The position numbers were made by a program, and so were the translations under genes. 64,000 nucleotides of DNA from Hemiscyllium ocellatum (Eukaryota), in the NCBI RefSeq assembly GCF_020745735.1, contig NC_083417.1:17112001-17176000 (forward strand), written 5' to 3'. This document shows, piece by piece, positions 1 through 12,829 of this stretch. The first letter of the stretch is position 1, and the number at the start of each line of letters is the position of its first letter. The notes beneath the pieces were generated by a model. The model searched no databases and was not told the DNA's origin. It saw only the letters and a program-made list of their open reading frames with translations.

Positions 1-334
1 AAAAAACACATACTAAACTGTGTTTAAGTCATATTAGTGAAGATATAAATGGGGCCAGCACACTGGCTGAATTCCCCTGTTCTCCAAGGAATGCCAGGTC
101 AAACCTATTTGAGGGGACAGTATATCTTTCAGTCTTATTGGACAGTGCAATGCTCCATCAGATTTTCTGCTCCACTCTATAGAGTAGGACTTCATTTAAA
201 TCACTTTTTGAATCAAAGAGTGCTCTCACTAAGCCATTGCTGATGAAACCAAACAAGAAATCCACCATCTGTAACAATACATTGCACAACACAAGTTCAA
301 TACCCTTGTCTATTTCATTGGAGTAAAAACTCAC

Positions 335-429
335 ATGTTAGGGTCTTTGCATCGCCATTTATTTTCATGGTGTTCATATACTACAATTGATTGTTCTTCA
401 CACTCCATCGTAAATTTGTGATTGTCCAC
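335..429 (-). CDS. EMC8: EMC8 coding exon 4 ([31 protein letters not shown]); gene continues beyond the left edge
   Basis: Minus strand reads ttttaaatag|GTG GAC AAT...CCT AAC AT|gtgagt; 95 bp; phase matches exon 3; peptide resembles vertebrate EMC8 (VDN.KFTM.C...YEHHEN.W.C.DP). Confidence 0.95.
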
Positions 430-659
430 CTATTTAAAAAAAGGATAAGACTTAGCACTAGAAGTCAAATATTACAAACAACCCTGTAGATTAATATCCG
501 AAATGGATGAAAACTTAGTTTTCCCTTCTCTTGAATCAGCTCAGACTTGCTCAACTACAAGTACTGGCAGTGATCCAATACCCTGCCCCAGTGCCCATGA
601 AGATCTGCCAGAGTGGAAATGAAATCCAGAAGTTGGGTTTCAAATATGATCAAGTTCAA

Positions 660-1232
660 AAGCAGAATTTGTACAGGGCCCTGGTAAGACCGCACCTAGA
701 GCGCTATGTGCAGTTTTAGTCTCCAAATTTGAGGAAGGACATTCTGGCTATTGAGGTTCACGAGGTCAATTCCCAGAATGGTGGGACTATCAGATGTTGA
801 AAGATTGGAGTGACTGGGCTTGTATACACTCGAGTTTAGAAGGATGAGAGGGGATCTGATTGAAACGTATAAGATTATTAAAGGATTGGACACACTGGAG
901 GCAGGAAGCATGTTTCTGCTGATGGGTGAGTCCAGAACCAGAGAACACAGTTTAAAACTAAGGAGTAGGCCATTTAGAACAGAGTTGAGGAGAAACTTCT
1001 TTACCCAGAGAACAGTGGATATATGGAATGCTCTGCACCAGAAGGCAGTGGAGGTCAAGTCTCTGGATACTTTCAAGAAAGAGATGGATACAGCCCTTAA
1101 AGATAGTGGAATTAAGGATTATGGGGATAAGGCAGGAACAGAATAATGATTGTGGATGATCAGCCATGATCATAATGAATGGTGGTACAGGCTCAAAGGG
1201 CTGAATGGCCTACTCCTGCATCTATTATCTAT
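660..1232 (+). mobile_element. CR1-clade LINE 3' fragment in EMC8 intron 3
   Basis: LYRALVRPHLE and TLEFRRMRGDLIETYKI...NFFTQR..WNAL ORF2 C-terminal motifs; gggctgaatggcctactcctg tail. Confidence 0.88.
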
Positions 1233-1377
1233 TTCAATCCATATTTGAACGTTTTCCAAAGACCAGTACCCCAAAGCTGACATTTCAGTAACTGTCTTGA
1301 AAGTCAACACACTGAATTAACACTTCTTCCTCTGCAACTTGTGCAGCAAGATACGAGAAAATCGCACAATACTGTAC

Positions 1378-1447
1378 CATGATTAGGGCAGCATCATTGA
1401 AGTTTTCTGCAATCCGAGAGGCAACCTTTTCAGCAACCTGGTTTGGG
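1378..1447 (-). CDS. EMC8: EMC8 coding exon 3 (PNQVAEKVASRIAENFNDAALIM)
   Basis: ttgtttgcag|C CCA AAC CAG...ATC ATG|gtacag; 70 bp; completes the Ser codon split from exon 2. Confidence 0.95.
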
Positions 1448-3424
1448 CTGCAAACAAAAAAAAGATGGAAATTACAACAAAACTATCAGCCTGACACACG
1501 CTGCAGGTTTTTCAGAACTGGGGTCAGAAATGTACAAGGCATCACTGTTGGGGCAAAATAAAAACACTGGACACTCATTGGCATTACTGAATACTCATGG
1601 CAATTATTCTAAAATACAAACTTACAAAAATGCAATTATTCTCATTTCACATTGAATTGATTTAACCAGAATAGAGTAAATGGCCAAGGATGCAGTCAGG
1701 TCTCAAGACTGTGGATCTGTACCTATTAGAACTATTTCACAATAAGATCCTCAGAGGAGACAATGGTTTGAAGCACAGTCCCCAGGAGGGAAGATCAACA
1801 AACTGTGAAAGCACTGCAACATCAATGCAAACACAAATTAAGTCTTTAAAATGTATACCTCGAAACCAGTGTGACTATTTTATTACCCCCCCCACCCAAA
1901 TTTTAGATCAACAGTATCCCTACACATATTCTGTGTGAGCAGCCTGTGCAGGTGGTGTACACAGACATAATATTAAACCTTTCATCCGAAAAGAGGTAAA
2001 AGACTAAAGCATTTAAATTGATAATGAAGGCACAATACTTAGATTAATGTTGCCAAGTACAAATGAAGCAGTGGTTTTTGTTGTGGGATCAAGTCTTCAG
2101 AATTATACCACAATCAAAACATCTGACACAAAACATGAAGTGTAGGGTGTCATGCTGGGATCTACTCAAGTATTTCTTACTTTCCATTAAGACTCATTTC
2201 TCAGAAAGTAATATTTCAGCATGTCAAACATTTAAAAACACAATCTTGAGTACTGGGAGAATTGTAATCATGAGACCACATATGCAAAGACTTGCAGGTA
2301 AACTAAACCCAAATAATCAGAAATAGAAGATAGAAAATAATGGTGTGAACACAGGCCTGTAGCAGGCAATCTGGTTGATACATTCAACAGAAACAGAGGA
2401 AAGAGATTTAAAATCACAAGATTGGACTACGAGAACATGAAAGGATTGGCTTTGCATTTGATTCTACTTTTTAAAAAAGCTCATAACAGAAACACATCAG
2501 TTGGTATCAGGCCTTTGACAATATTATCGAGCAAACAATCAAGAATCTGTTCAGTGATTGTTAAATAATAGTCACAGAATTAGACTCCAGGATGTGTCTG
2601 CTCCTGGTCCACATCTAGCCCTTTAGAATATTAAAAAACTGGTCTCAGTTTACGAACACAAAAACTCAATGTTTAGATCACACATTAAGTGTGTTTTCCT
2701 CTGGTTCAGCATAATTATAAAATTCCCCAAACAAACCTCTTATAAAAAAGGTGTTGGGCATTTGCCTGTCAGAACAAGCAAAGGCTGTACACGGAATCGT
2801 CAGAAACATTGACAAAGCTTGGGAAATCTTTAATCCGTCCCAAGTCCCTATCTTGCAGAGCACTGCTTATTAACAATGCCAGCAGATGCCTATAACTTTT
2901 GTAACCTCTCCACTTCACTGCTTCCTGCTAATTGCTAGCACCCAGCCCAGAAATCATTCCTGTTTCAACACTCAATATGTAGTGATTACAGGTACTACAA
3001 AGTGTGAACTGTGACACAGTTGCACAAACCTTCCTAAAGTGTCTCCAACTCAAAACAAAAAGAAAGGCACAAACAGTGACTCAAGAGGTGCATTCATGGA
3101 CCTTTGGGTGCTGAGCCCATGGGATGTAGTTTTTTTTAAAATATTGAGCTTGTGAATCATCTTACCCCCCCTCTGCTCTCTTGGGTACATAATCCAATAA
3201 CAAACAGGAAGCCAAGCCAAGCATGTTGTTTTTGTACATTTCAGGTACATCAGTTGCTGAATCTCATTCACAGGAATTGATCAACCATCCTCCCTAATCA
3301 AAGAGGGTAACAGGCAGAGAAATGTGAAACTTTTAATTAAAATGTTATCAAATTTAAGCTTAAGACTTTTAAAACTTGTTGGTACAATATAGCTCATCCC
3401 ACATCCATCAAAACATTTACACAC

Positions 3425-3501
3425 CTGGTGTCCTTCATACGCTCATTTGCCTGGTAATATCCTGCTATTATGTAGTTATTCTCTTTGCACCAAGAGTCAA
3501 C
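3425..3501 (-). CDS. EMC8: EMC8 coding exon 2 ([25 protein letters not shown])
   Basis: tgctttcag|GTT GAC TCT...ACC AG|gtgtgt; 77 bp; [10 protein letters not shown] motif of the EMC8/9 family. Confidence 0.96.
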
Positions 3502-6414
3502 CTGAAAGCAAAATGAATAAAAGAAATTTAGAAAATAGCTTTCTGTATAGTAACAGCAGTTATGAGAGAAAAAAAACATACGGTATTTTATTTCATGCAT
3601 TATATTTCACAACTCTTTGGCTCTCCAATTTCCAGAGAAAATCCTACAAAATCTTGAGGCTTTTAAATAGAGACTGGATTGAGTTGGCAAGGGCAAACAT
3701 ACATACAACATGAACAGAGAAGCAGAGGAACATTGCTGTTTCGCAATATTTGAGGGGTAGAGATGGGACTGCAGAAGAGAAATGGAAGAAATGGACAGGG
3801 TTACCCAACAATCTCAAAAGCAACACAGGGATAGCAGAGAAGAGAGTGAAAAGCAGTGACAGTTCCACAGGATCAAATGTTACTTTGGCTGTTGTAAACT
3901 TTAGCACTATGACCAGTGCAGAAATCAGGTGGGACAGGACTGAATGTGAAGTGATGGAGGAGTGCTAATTCTATGATTGAGGCGAATGCTTGCTTTGATC
4001 CCGGAAAATGAAGGTCAGGGATTGAGCAGCACTCTATGGTCTAAAGAATATGAAGGGCAATGTAACCAAGGTGCATAGAAGCAATTAAAGACAGATCAGC
4101 CACAATATATGAATGGCAGAAATGACTCCAGGGACTGAATGATATTATACTGCCATTTTTAAAAGAAAAGGAGCAAAGGATTAAACTGGAGGTAGAGTGA
4201 AAACATGCACAATATTTGGGGGATAGGATAACTGCCTTCCAAGGCAAAAAGCGTGGTCAGTGAATGGAGGCACTATTCAATAACAAACCTGGGCAATTAT
4301 GATGGATTGTGATCATCTTGACAAATTTCAGATGGCAAAATCAAGGAGGCAACTGTGTAGAGTAGGAAAAGGGTTATGAAAGAGGAAGTGGAGTGAAGAA
4401 GTGTTCTGTCAAGAATGAAAAATTATTTAGCACAAGCTATTTACTGATTGACAGTAGGAAGGTTTAGATGAAACTGTGGACTTGAACAGTTTAGGAGGAT
4501 CCTAAAGGAGAGAAGGATTGTGTGTTACATCTGAACATGACTTAGCTGGAGTAGCAGAAACATTAGCGCTGATGTGCAAACATGGCAAGTATTTTCAAGT
4601 AACTAGCTAGGTTTACACAAGCCATTAAAAAAAAACTAACGGAGGACATAGGACAGAGCACATTGCAAGAGAGCACACGTAAGGGGCTGTCTGAAAAGGT
4701 GGAGTTATCAGGGAGGTTAAACAGTTGTAACAAAAACATGTTATTGTCATAATGTTTGAGAAAATGACATCTAATATGCTTTACCGTTTTGTCAGTGTGA
4801 TACCCTCTCTGACCCTAATTCATTATCCAGTTTCCATGTGATTAATAGAGTGATTAGAAGATCCCGAGTCCCAGCATCTGCAGCTTATGTCAATTCTCAT
4901 CCAAAGAAACTTGCCTAACTTTCAGTTATTTTAAGAAGAAGGTACTGGTCCCAACAATTTTACTCAGCAATATATTCCTTGAAGCAGATCTTTTCTGCCA
5001 CCACCCTGCCACCCCCCCCCAACCCCACAACAAACCTACCTAAGTAAACCAATTCTCACCTTAGTAATTGGCTCTTGACTTCAGTTTATTCATTTGAGAA
5101 TCTTGAATCATATCCAAACCTCTGCTTCACTAAGAAATCCAAAACAGTGAACATGTTTTCTCTCAGTTCCCTTATACGTTAGTTCTTCATGGTACCTTGC
5201 CCAGTTCAGTCACATCATTCTGAGAGTGTGAGTACCAGACTTGTGCAGAATTCAAAGGCCTTGGCATTGTTCAATTGAGAATGGTTTGGATCTACACTGT
5301 CTTTTGCAATTTAACATGATTTGGCTTAAAGAGGAGATGCTGATCTCATTTCACCAGTCAATAATTTCCCTGTTCATTCTGTATTGCTTTGGCTGTCCTA
5401 TATTCCCAAAATATAAAAACTAGTTATCTGCATTAAAATTGCAGATAGAAAATTTCTGCCCACATCCCTATTCGATCTAAATTCATCATCGCTGGTTAAG
5501 TCCATTGAGCTCAGCTCACTGTGGGACTGCACTTTATACATCCTTTCATTCAGAATAATTCCCAGTTACATGTACCAACATACACGAATGACTGGCAGTA
5601 AGAGCAGGAGAAATACCTGGTCATTCATGCTATAGCTCCCAGCTGCAACATGTGAAAGTGCCTACTGCCACATCAACTTCCCTCCAGAGACGGATCTGTG
5701 AAAGCACTACAACACAAACCCAATGCTTCCCCCCGCAACCTACCCCAATTCAGTCAGCCAATCTAGTGGGGGGCCATCAATATCAATTCCATGTATATCC
5801 TGGACTAGACTTCTCATGAGACACCTTATCACAACAAAGTCTGTACATCATCTTAAAAGACACAAGTCAAGAGTGTGATAGACTATTCTTAATTACCTGA
5901 GGAGCAAAGCTTCAAACAGCTTGACAACATCCTGGTCAAAGCAACCAGTTTGATTGGGAACTCATATACCTACTTCAATATGCAATCCCCTCAAAGTGGC
6001 AGCAGAGAGCATCATTTCTAAATCCGATTCAAGGTTCTTCAAACAGCATTTTCCAAACCCATGACCTCAACCAGGAGGTAGCAGGTGCACAAGACTACCA
6101 CCACCTACCTGCAAGTTCTCTTCCAAGCTACATACCATCCTGACTTGGAGGTATACCACTGTCGCGGAGTCAAAATTCTGGAACTTCCTATCCAACAGCA
6201 ATGAGGGTGCCTCCCATCATCAGTGGTTCAGAAAGTAGCTTACCACTGCCTTCTTTGGGACAATTACGGATATACAACAGATACTGACCTAATCAGCATT
6301 GATAGCAATACTTTAGACCATTTTACAACATGCATTTACAACACTTGGCAAAAGTTTTCAAAACATTTTACAAAATAAAAAAAAAGGAGCATGGATGCCT
6401 AACCACAGAACCGA

Positions 6415-6562
6415 TTTGAAGAGTGTGGTGCTGAAAAAGCACAGCTGGTCAGGTAGCATCAGAGGAGCAGGAGAGTCGTCATTTTGGACATAAGCCCTTC
6501 ATTAGGAATGAAGCTTTTCTAGCACCACACTCGACTCTGATCTCCACTCCTCACTTTCTCCA
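6415..6562. mobile_element. Degenerate Penelope-like short element (family A) in EMC8 intron 1
   Basis: gtggtgctgaaaaagcacagc...aagcccttcattaggaat followed by a partial inverted arm; ribozyme core mutated. Confidence 0.65.
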
Positions 6563-7540
6563 CAGGACAGATTTGATAAAGTGATCAAGGCAAGACTGAT
6601 AAAGGAAACTACTCGTGTTGGAAAAATGTTTACAATGAATCGGAGAACTAAGAGATTTAGAGGGAATTCCATAAAATATGAAGACTCCTACAAAAGCATT
6701 AAACGTCTGCCTTCAAAAACCAGGGTGAAAGGAGGAGGGAGAAGATACTCAGGTGGCAACAGCTAAAAAAGGAAGATGTCTGGTTGGAGAACAGTATTTA
6801 GGTAAGGGAGGGAGGGTGTCAAGCAATAACGATATTTTAAGAGTGACAGAAATAGCATTTTGAGCAACAGAATACCAATGTAGATTGTCATATGGAGCTT
6901 AATGTGGAACAGAATGGAGATCTGGACAACTAGCAAGAAGAGGAGAACCCAGTATTAGGGTGTTACTACACATGACAACTGATGTAACACATGGGGTGGT
7001 GGGATAGGAGAAGAAAACAACTGATATGGTCAAATGAAATATGTGGAAATACATGAATTTGCAGCTGCAGACGATACAGGGGTTAAAGCTCAGCTCTGAA
7101 TCACATTTGACAAGCACCAAAATGAACCCTGGATGTTGTGGTCAGCAGTAAGTGAAGATCACTTGTTTTTTCCATCCATCCCCTGACTGGGTTTTGTTCA
7201 CTGCAACTTGCAGGAGTTAGACACTGGAAACAGTACACCGCCCTCTACAGGAAATCTGGGGAACTGATCATCATCAGATCTCGACCAAATCAAATTGAAC
7301 AAACTGAGATTAATCTATACCCAGTAGTTTTAATTCAACGTCAATGCCCTTAAAAATAATTGAAAAGAGAAAAGTGGAAAGGAAGATGTGATTAAGAAAG
7401 TTAGAAGAAAATGTCCAATAATTGAAGGTAGAGGAATAAGACTCCACATTTTCAACATTAGAGAAGTTGCTCTGGAGTAGAGGAGACCTATCATGCTGTT
7501 AAAAATCCACTTATCTTTAAAAGTGCCTACTTATCACAAA

Positions 7541-8366
7541 ATGCGAGGTGTTGCATTTTAGTAAGGCAAATCAAGGTAGGACTTATACACTTAATGTCGG
7601 GTGCTGGGAAGCATTGCCGAATAGAGATACCTTGGGGACTGCATGTTCATAGATCCTTGAAGGTGGAGTCACAGGTAGATAGGGGAGTGATGGAGGCATT
7701 CGGTACGCTTGCCTTTATTGGTCAGTACACTGAGTATAGGAGTTGGGACGTCCTACTGTGGGTGTGTAGAATAGCTTAGGCCGCTCTTGGAATAATGTGT
7801 TCAATTCTGGTTTCCCTGCTATAGGAAAGATGTTATTAAACTTGAATGGGTGCAGAAAAGCTTGGGAGGAGGATGCTGGGACGGAGGGTTTGAGTTAATA
7901 GGGAGAGGCTAAATAGAGCTGGTGCTATTTTCTCTGGAGCATCGGAGGCTGAGGGGTGACCTTACAGAGGTTTATAAAATCATGAAGGGCATAGATAGAT
8001 GAACAGTCAAGTTTATTTTCTCTCCAGGACAGGGGAGTCCAAAACTAGAGTTTAAGATTAGAGAGGAAAGATATAAAAAGGGACCTAAAGGACAACCTTT
8101 TCACACAGAGTAAAAAGTGAGGTCTGCAGATGCTGGGGATCAGAGCTGAAAATGTGTTGCTGGTGTGGTGTGTGTATGGAATGAGCTGCTAGGGAAAGTG
8201 ATTAAGGCTGGTGCAATTACAACATTTAAAAGACATTTGGATGGGTATGTGAATAGGGAGGGTTTAGAAGAATATGGGCCAAATGATGGCAAATGGGGTT
8301 ATATTGATTTAGGACAGTATGGACGAGTTGGCTCAAAGCGTCTGTTACATGCTATTCAACTCTGAC
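7541..8366 (+). mobile_element. CR1-clade LINE 3' fragment with a short family-A fragment inserted at ~8111-8163
   Basis: VHRSLKVESQVDR and WNEL...FKRHLDGY motifs, frameshifted. Confidence 0.85.
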
Positions 8367-10066
8367 TTTAAGGTATCAGTGCAGCAAGGATTAAGCAAGA
8401 GTGGCACTAATTTCAGCTCAACATCCAGACTTCATTTAATTCACTGCTCAGATGACTCCTTAAATTTGAGTTTTTGACAGCCACCATTTTATCCTTAGCC
8501 AGAAATCTAAATGGATTGCTTTGGTCATCCTTGTGATCATCTGAAGGAGATAGTGACTCATCCAAGACTTAATCCTTAAATGATTATTTTCAAATGGAAT
8601 TGAAAAGCAATTAGAACTGGTTGTCAGCACCAAGTGGAACCAATGTCATGTTTGCTGGTGACACTACCCACTAGTAAGGAGGCAAATGAGGTACAGAAAT
8701 GTTAGTTATGAATCTATAAATTATATGTGGGGAAGGCCATTCAGCTCCAGCATTCAATCTGATCATTGCTAATCTGATTATAATCTCAAATCTGCATTCT
8801 CCCCTATCCCTGATAACCAAGGACAGGAACAGTTAACAAGGATTGAATGCACCTCTGACTATAAAATATTCAAGGACTCTCTTCCTAAACGTCACTTGGA
8901 AGCAGAGTTTCAAAGACTCTCAATCCTCAAACAAAAACACCCCACTTCTCTTTTAACGGAGTGACCCCTAGTTTTAGATTCTCCTGCAAGAGGAAACACC
9001 CTCTTCACAGCTAAGACAACCAATCAGCAAAAGGTAGTTATTTTTCAGGAATCACAGAGAACCCAAGTTACTACAGTAACAAACAAAAACAAATTGCTTG
9101 AAAAACTCAGTATGTTTGGTGCATCTGTAAAAACTTTTATGTCCAGTGATCTTTCTTTCATATGACCCTTCATTGCTCTGGAGGGTCACAGGACTCAAGG
9201 TTAACTTTCTCTTTACAGATGCTACTATGCAGGCTGAGTTTCTCCAGCAATTTGTTTTTGTTTATTTCAGATTTCAGCACCTGCAATTGTTTGGTTTTAC
9301 GACAGTAATGTAATTTTTTGTGCATGTTATAAACTAGTTACAAATAATGACAACAGAGATGCCAACACTTCTTTCCATCAGATACCTGCTCAAACTGGCC
9401 ATTTGAATCTGTAGGTTGAAAAGCTGTTTGACAGCTTTATGTAAAAACATGCTGTGACCAAAGTCTATGCCAGGACTTGAAGTTTCTGGATGAGAGGCAG
9501 ATTCAGTACATACTGAATCAAGACCTCCAGGTGTCATTCTAAACAATGTGAAAGTAATCAAAAATACAACAACTCAACACAAACTACTTCGCTAGGAACA
9601 GTGTGGAATTGCAAAGACCTGTATTTAGGTAGGATGAGATTACATCCCCCACCAGCACTTAGACACATCACATACAGCAAATCAAAGAGATTCCAACTTG
9701 GAAACATTTACACATGAAATTCTAGTGATGACACTGGTGTGCAGATGTTTGCAGGTTTATGGAAAATGCTGGAAATCCTGAACAGGTGAGGCGAAGATAG
9801 GTTAACATTTTGAACGGGGAGGAGAGGGAGAAGGGGGGGGATAAAAGTGACATTTCCGAGTACAAAAAAAAAGAAAGCCTCTCCTTCCTCTCGACCCCCT
9901 CTCATACAGGTACTCCAGACTCTGGCAGCAACGTCCCCTTGGCACAACATGAACCACAAGAGGTTAGCCGAGGACTCCGATGCTGCCAGGCCTGCTGCTG
10001 GGGAAGGGGTGGGGGGAAGAGAGAGTCCCCAGCAGCTTCCCTCTGAGCGCGCTGCTCTTCTCTTAC

Positions 10067-10270
10067 CAGAGTCAGGGCCACCTCCAGCATGGGCGCGAGG
10101 GCCAGGGTGCCATGGAAGAGGGGGACGCAGTCCACGAAGAGGACGGGCTGGCCGTCCTTCCTCTTGTGCTTCTCGGCCACCAGGATGCCGTTGACGGCGC
10201 AGTGCGGGTACTTGGCGGCGTGCAGCAGCATCTTGCAGTAGGCCTGGGTGGTGAGTCTGAACAAGGTCAT
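10067..10270 (-). CDS. EMC8: EMC8 (ER membrane protein complex subunit 8, COX4NB/NOC4) coding exon 1, 68 codons
   Basis: ATG in strong context (gcggccATGA); [31 protein letters not shown]...[24 protein letters not shown]|gtaaga. Head-to-head position with COX4I1 favours EMC8 over EMC9. Confidence 0.96.
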
Positions 10271-10274
10271 GGCC

Positions 10275-10415
10275 GCGGGTGGGGGTGGGGGAGGGAGAGG
10301 GGGAGGGCTGGGGGAAGAGTAGGAGTTGGGGGTGGGGGAGGGGGGTGGGTGTGGGGGTGGGGGTGGGGGAGGGGGGTGGGGTGGGTGTGGGGGAGGGGGG
10401 TGGGGGTAGTGGTGC
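10275..10415 (+). repeat. G-run tract in the presumed EMC8 5' leader (C-rich on the mRNA strand); potential G-quadruplex
   Basis: Many consecutive G3-G7 runs with 1-3 nt loops immediately upstream of the ATG. Confidence 0.75.
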
Positions 10416-10419
10416 TGAC

Positions 10420-10745
10420 GACGACGACGCCGCCGCTTTCTCTCCTTCCCTCAGGCCCGGCCTCAGTAAGCCTCCTCGAGTTACTCGATCGCCCTGTTAA
10501 CGCACGGTCATCACCCGCCCGCCCGCTCCCTTTCTCTCTCCCTCGGGTTGGGGTATGGGGGAACACGGCCTCTCACATTCCCCCGATCTCGGATACCCGA
10601 ATCCCCGCCGCACGCTCTGGAGGCAGCACCAGCTCCACTCACCAGGCCCCGGCGCCCATTCACCGGCAACCGCCGTAAACCGTCAAAGAAAATGTCGCAA
10701 AGTCCTCAGTCGCGGGCGGTGACAGTTTGAGGGCGGGGCTTCTGT
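10420..10745 (-). promoter_or_regulatory. EMC8 CpG-rich 5' end / core promoter with a GC box (GGGCGGGG at 10731-10738)
   Basis: Local CpG enrichment in an otherwise CpG-poor window, directly upstream of exon 1; exact TSS not determinable. Confidence 0.7.
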
Positions 10746-10747
10746 TA

Positions 10748-11505
10748 TGGACCAATAGTAGCGAGGTGTCCATATTTTAATGCCCAATAGCAGTAAGGGA
10801 TCAATCCTATCTAGACCAATAGAATTGTAGGTCTATATTTATCGACCAATAGAATCGAGGGACCTGCCTTTCAGTACCAATAAGTACAAAGGAACTATTT
10901 TTTATTGACCAATCGGATTGTCGCGCTATATATAAATAAAATATTTATTTATATATTTATTTATATATAAATGATCCAATAGAGTTGGGGCCTATTTCTA
11001 ATCACCAATAGTAACAAAGGAACTATTTGCTATGGACCAATAGGATTGCGGGGTCTGTTTTAATACAACACTAAGAATACTTCAGACACTTTTATTGACC
11101 AATAGAATTGAGGCATCTACTTCTATGGACCAATTGGAACAAAGGAATTATTTTCTATGACCCCCCCAGACGATTAGCCGACTTTTTATGGACCGGAAAG
11201 ATTGAAGGGTTTGTTGTTATGCACCAATAGGATTGAAACATTTAATATTATCAACCAATAGAATTCAAGTATTTATTTCCATCGACCAATAGCATTAAAG
11301 GATCTATTTTAACGACCCAATTATATTGAAAGATAGTGGACCAATAATCTTGCCTGAAGCTCAATTCTCTTGCTCCTCAGAAAGCTGCCTGACCTGCTGT
11401 GCATTTCCAGCACCACCACCTGCAGTTCCAACTTTCTTCCAGTCTATTGAAAGGATGATTTGTTTCGACCAATAAGATTAGAGGACGATCTTGATAGCCC
11501 AATGG
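10748..11505 (+). promoter_or_regulatory. Degenerate ~31-bp tandem array of CCAAT boxes (NF-Y-type, mostly GACCAATAG)
   Basis: CCAAT at 10752, 10784, 10816, 10846, 10877, 10909, 10976, 11005, 11037, 11099, 11130, 11224, 11255, 11286, 11317, 11341, 11469, 11499, all in the same orientation. Confidence 0.85.
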
Positions 11506-11756
11506 AATATGAGAGGCGGAAGTGGGTACTACAGATGCTGGAGATTATAGTCTAGATTAGTGTGGTGCTGTAAAAGCACAGCAGGTCAGCCAGCATCCAC
11601 ATAGCAGGAAAATCAACGTTTTGGGCAAAAGCCCTTCATCATATGAGAGTCTAGTTGTGATGAGCCAATAACAGATGGGAACGTATGGAGTAACATGTGA
11701 AGTTAGTTTAAGTCTAGTTTAATGGATCAGTGAATAACCTTTTACTTTTATCGCAC

Positions 11757-12169
11757 TAGAATTCCTACAGTGTGGAAACAGACCCTTTGGGCCAACAAGT
11801 TCACACTGACCCTCTGAAGAGTAACCCACCTCGTCTCATTTTCCTACATTTATCCCTGACTAATGCGCCTAACACTTTAGCATAGCCAATTCACCTGACC
11901 TGCACATCTTTTGAAACGTGGGAGGAAACCACAGCACCAAGAGAGAACCCATGCAGAAATGGGGAGAATGTGCAAACGCTGAAAATGTGTTGCTGGAAAA
12001 GCGCAGCAGGTCAGGCAGCATCCAAGGAACAGGAAATTCGACGTTTCGGGCACAAGCCCTTCATCAGGAATGTGCAAACTCCAAGCAGACAGTCGCCTGA
12101 GGCAGGAATCAAACACAGGTCCTTGGCACCGTGAGGCAGCAGTGCTAACTGCTGAGCCACCGTGCCACC
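11757..12169 (-). mobile_element. HE1-type tRNA-derived V-SINE, interrupted by a family-A element at 11978-12071
   Basis: Reverse complement reads ggcacggtggctcagcagttagcactgctgcctca...tggagtttgcacattctcccc...tgtttccacactgtag; duplication gaatgtgcaaac at 11966-11977 and 12068-12079. Confidence 0.85.
12036..12071 (-). ncRNA. Minimal type I hammerhead ribozyme motif (family A)
   Basis: AUUC-CUGAUGA-A-GGGC(UUGU)GCCC-GAAAC-GUC-GAAU: stem I AUUC/GAAU, stem II GGGC/GCCC, palindromic ACGU helix III, GUC cleavage triplet. Confidence 0.8.
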
Positions 12170-12829
12170 TGTTACTTGCTGGATCAGCAATTTGATAGGC
12201 TTTTCCTGTTAGACTAATTAGGCAGAAAATACTATTTTGACATGAGGGAAGGGCCAATTTTCTACAGACCAATATGACAGAGTCAGTTTTGATGGACAAA
12301 TACACTTTAATACGATAGTTCAAAATCACACAACCTAGGTTAAAGTCCAGCAGGTTTATTTGGAAGCACTAGCTTTCGGCAAGTGGCTACTTCATCATTA
12401 AATACAATATTTTGATATTCTAATAAAAGAAGTGGACCAATTTTAATAAACCATGAACCAGAAATGCCTCAAAACAGCCCCTTTTTGATGGTCTCATGGG
12501 AAGTGTGGTTTGTCCCAAGGACACCAAAACATAAATCCACACAAATGTTTGTTTAGCGCATTACCAATGTAAGAAAACAGTTAATAACTTCTGAACATAA
12601 CAAAATTCTATATGAACAAGAGGAAAGGAGCCATTACAACTAGATTACAATGTCAAGTTAGTTGGGCGTCTTGCAATTTCTTCACAAAAAGCATAATACT
12701 ACAGATGTTGGAAATTAGAAACAAAAAAAACAGAAGATGCCAGAAATAGTCTGGATCTAGTTGGAAAGAAACAGCAAAGAGCCAAGATATCCATTAGTCT
12801 GTTGAAACAAGGGTACACAGAGGAAAAAA

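Noticed and set aside
148-268. Acceptor-like ttgttacag on minus, 64 nt after EMC8 exon 4, as a possible last exon
   Set aside because: The in-frame continuation hits a stop after about 12 codons and lacks the conserved LVDFDNHLDD C-terminus; the true last exon must lie left of the window
9810-10730. Long plus-strand ORFs (e.g. 9980..10678, 232 aa) and the Pro/His-rich minus ORF 10267..10566
   Set aside because: Shadow ORFs from GC-rich EMC8 exon 1 and the G-tract; low complexity, mostly non-ATG starts
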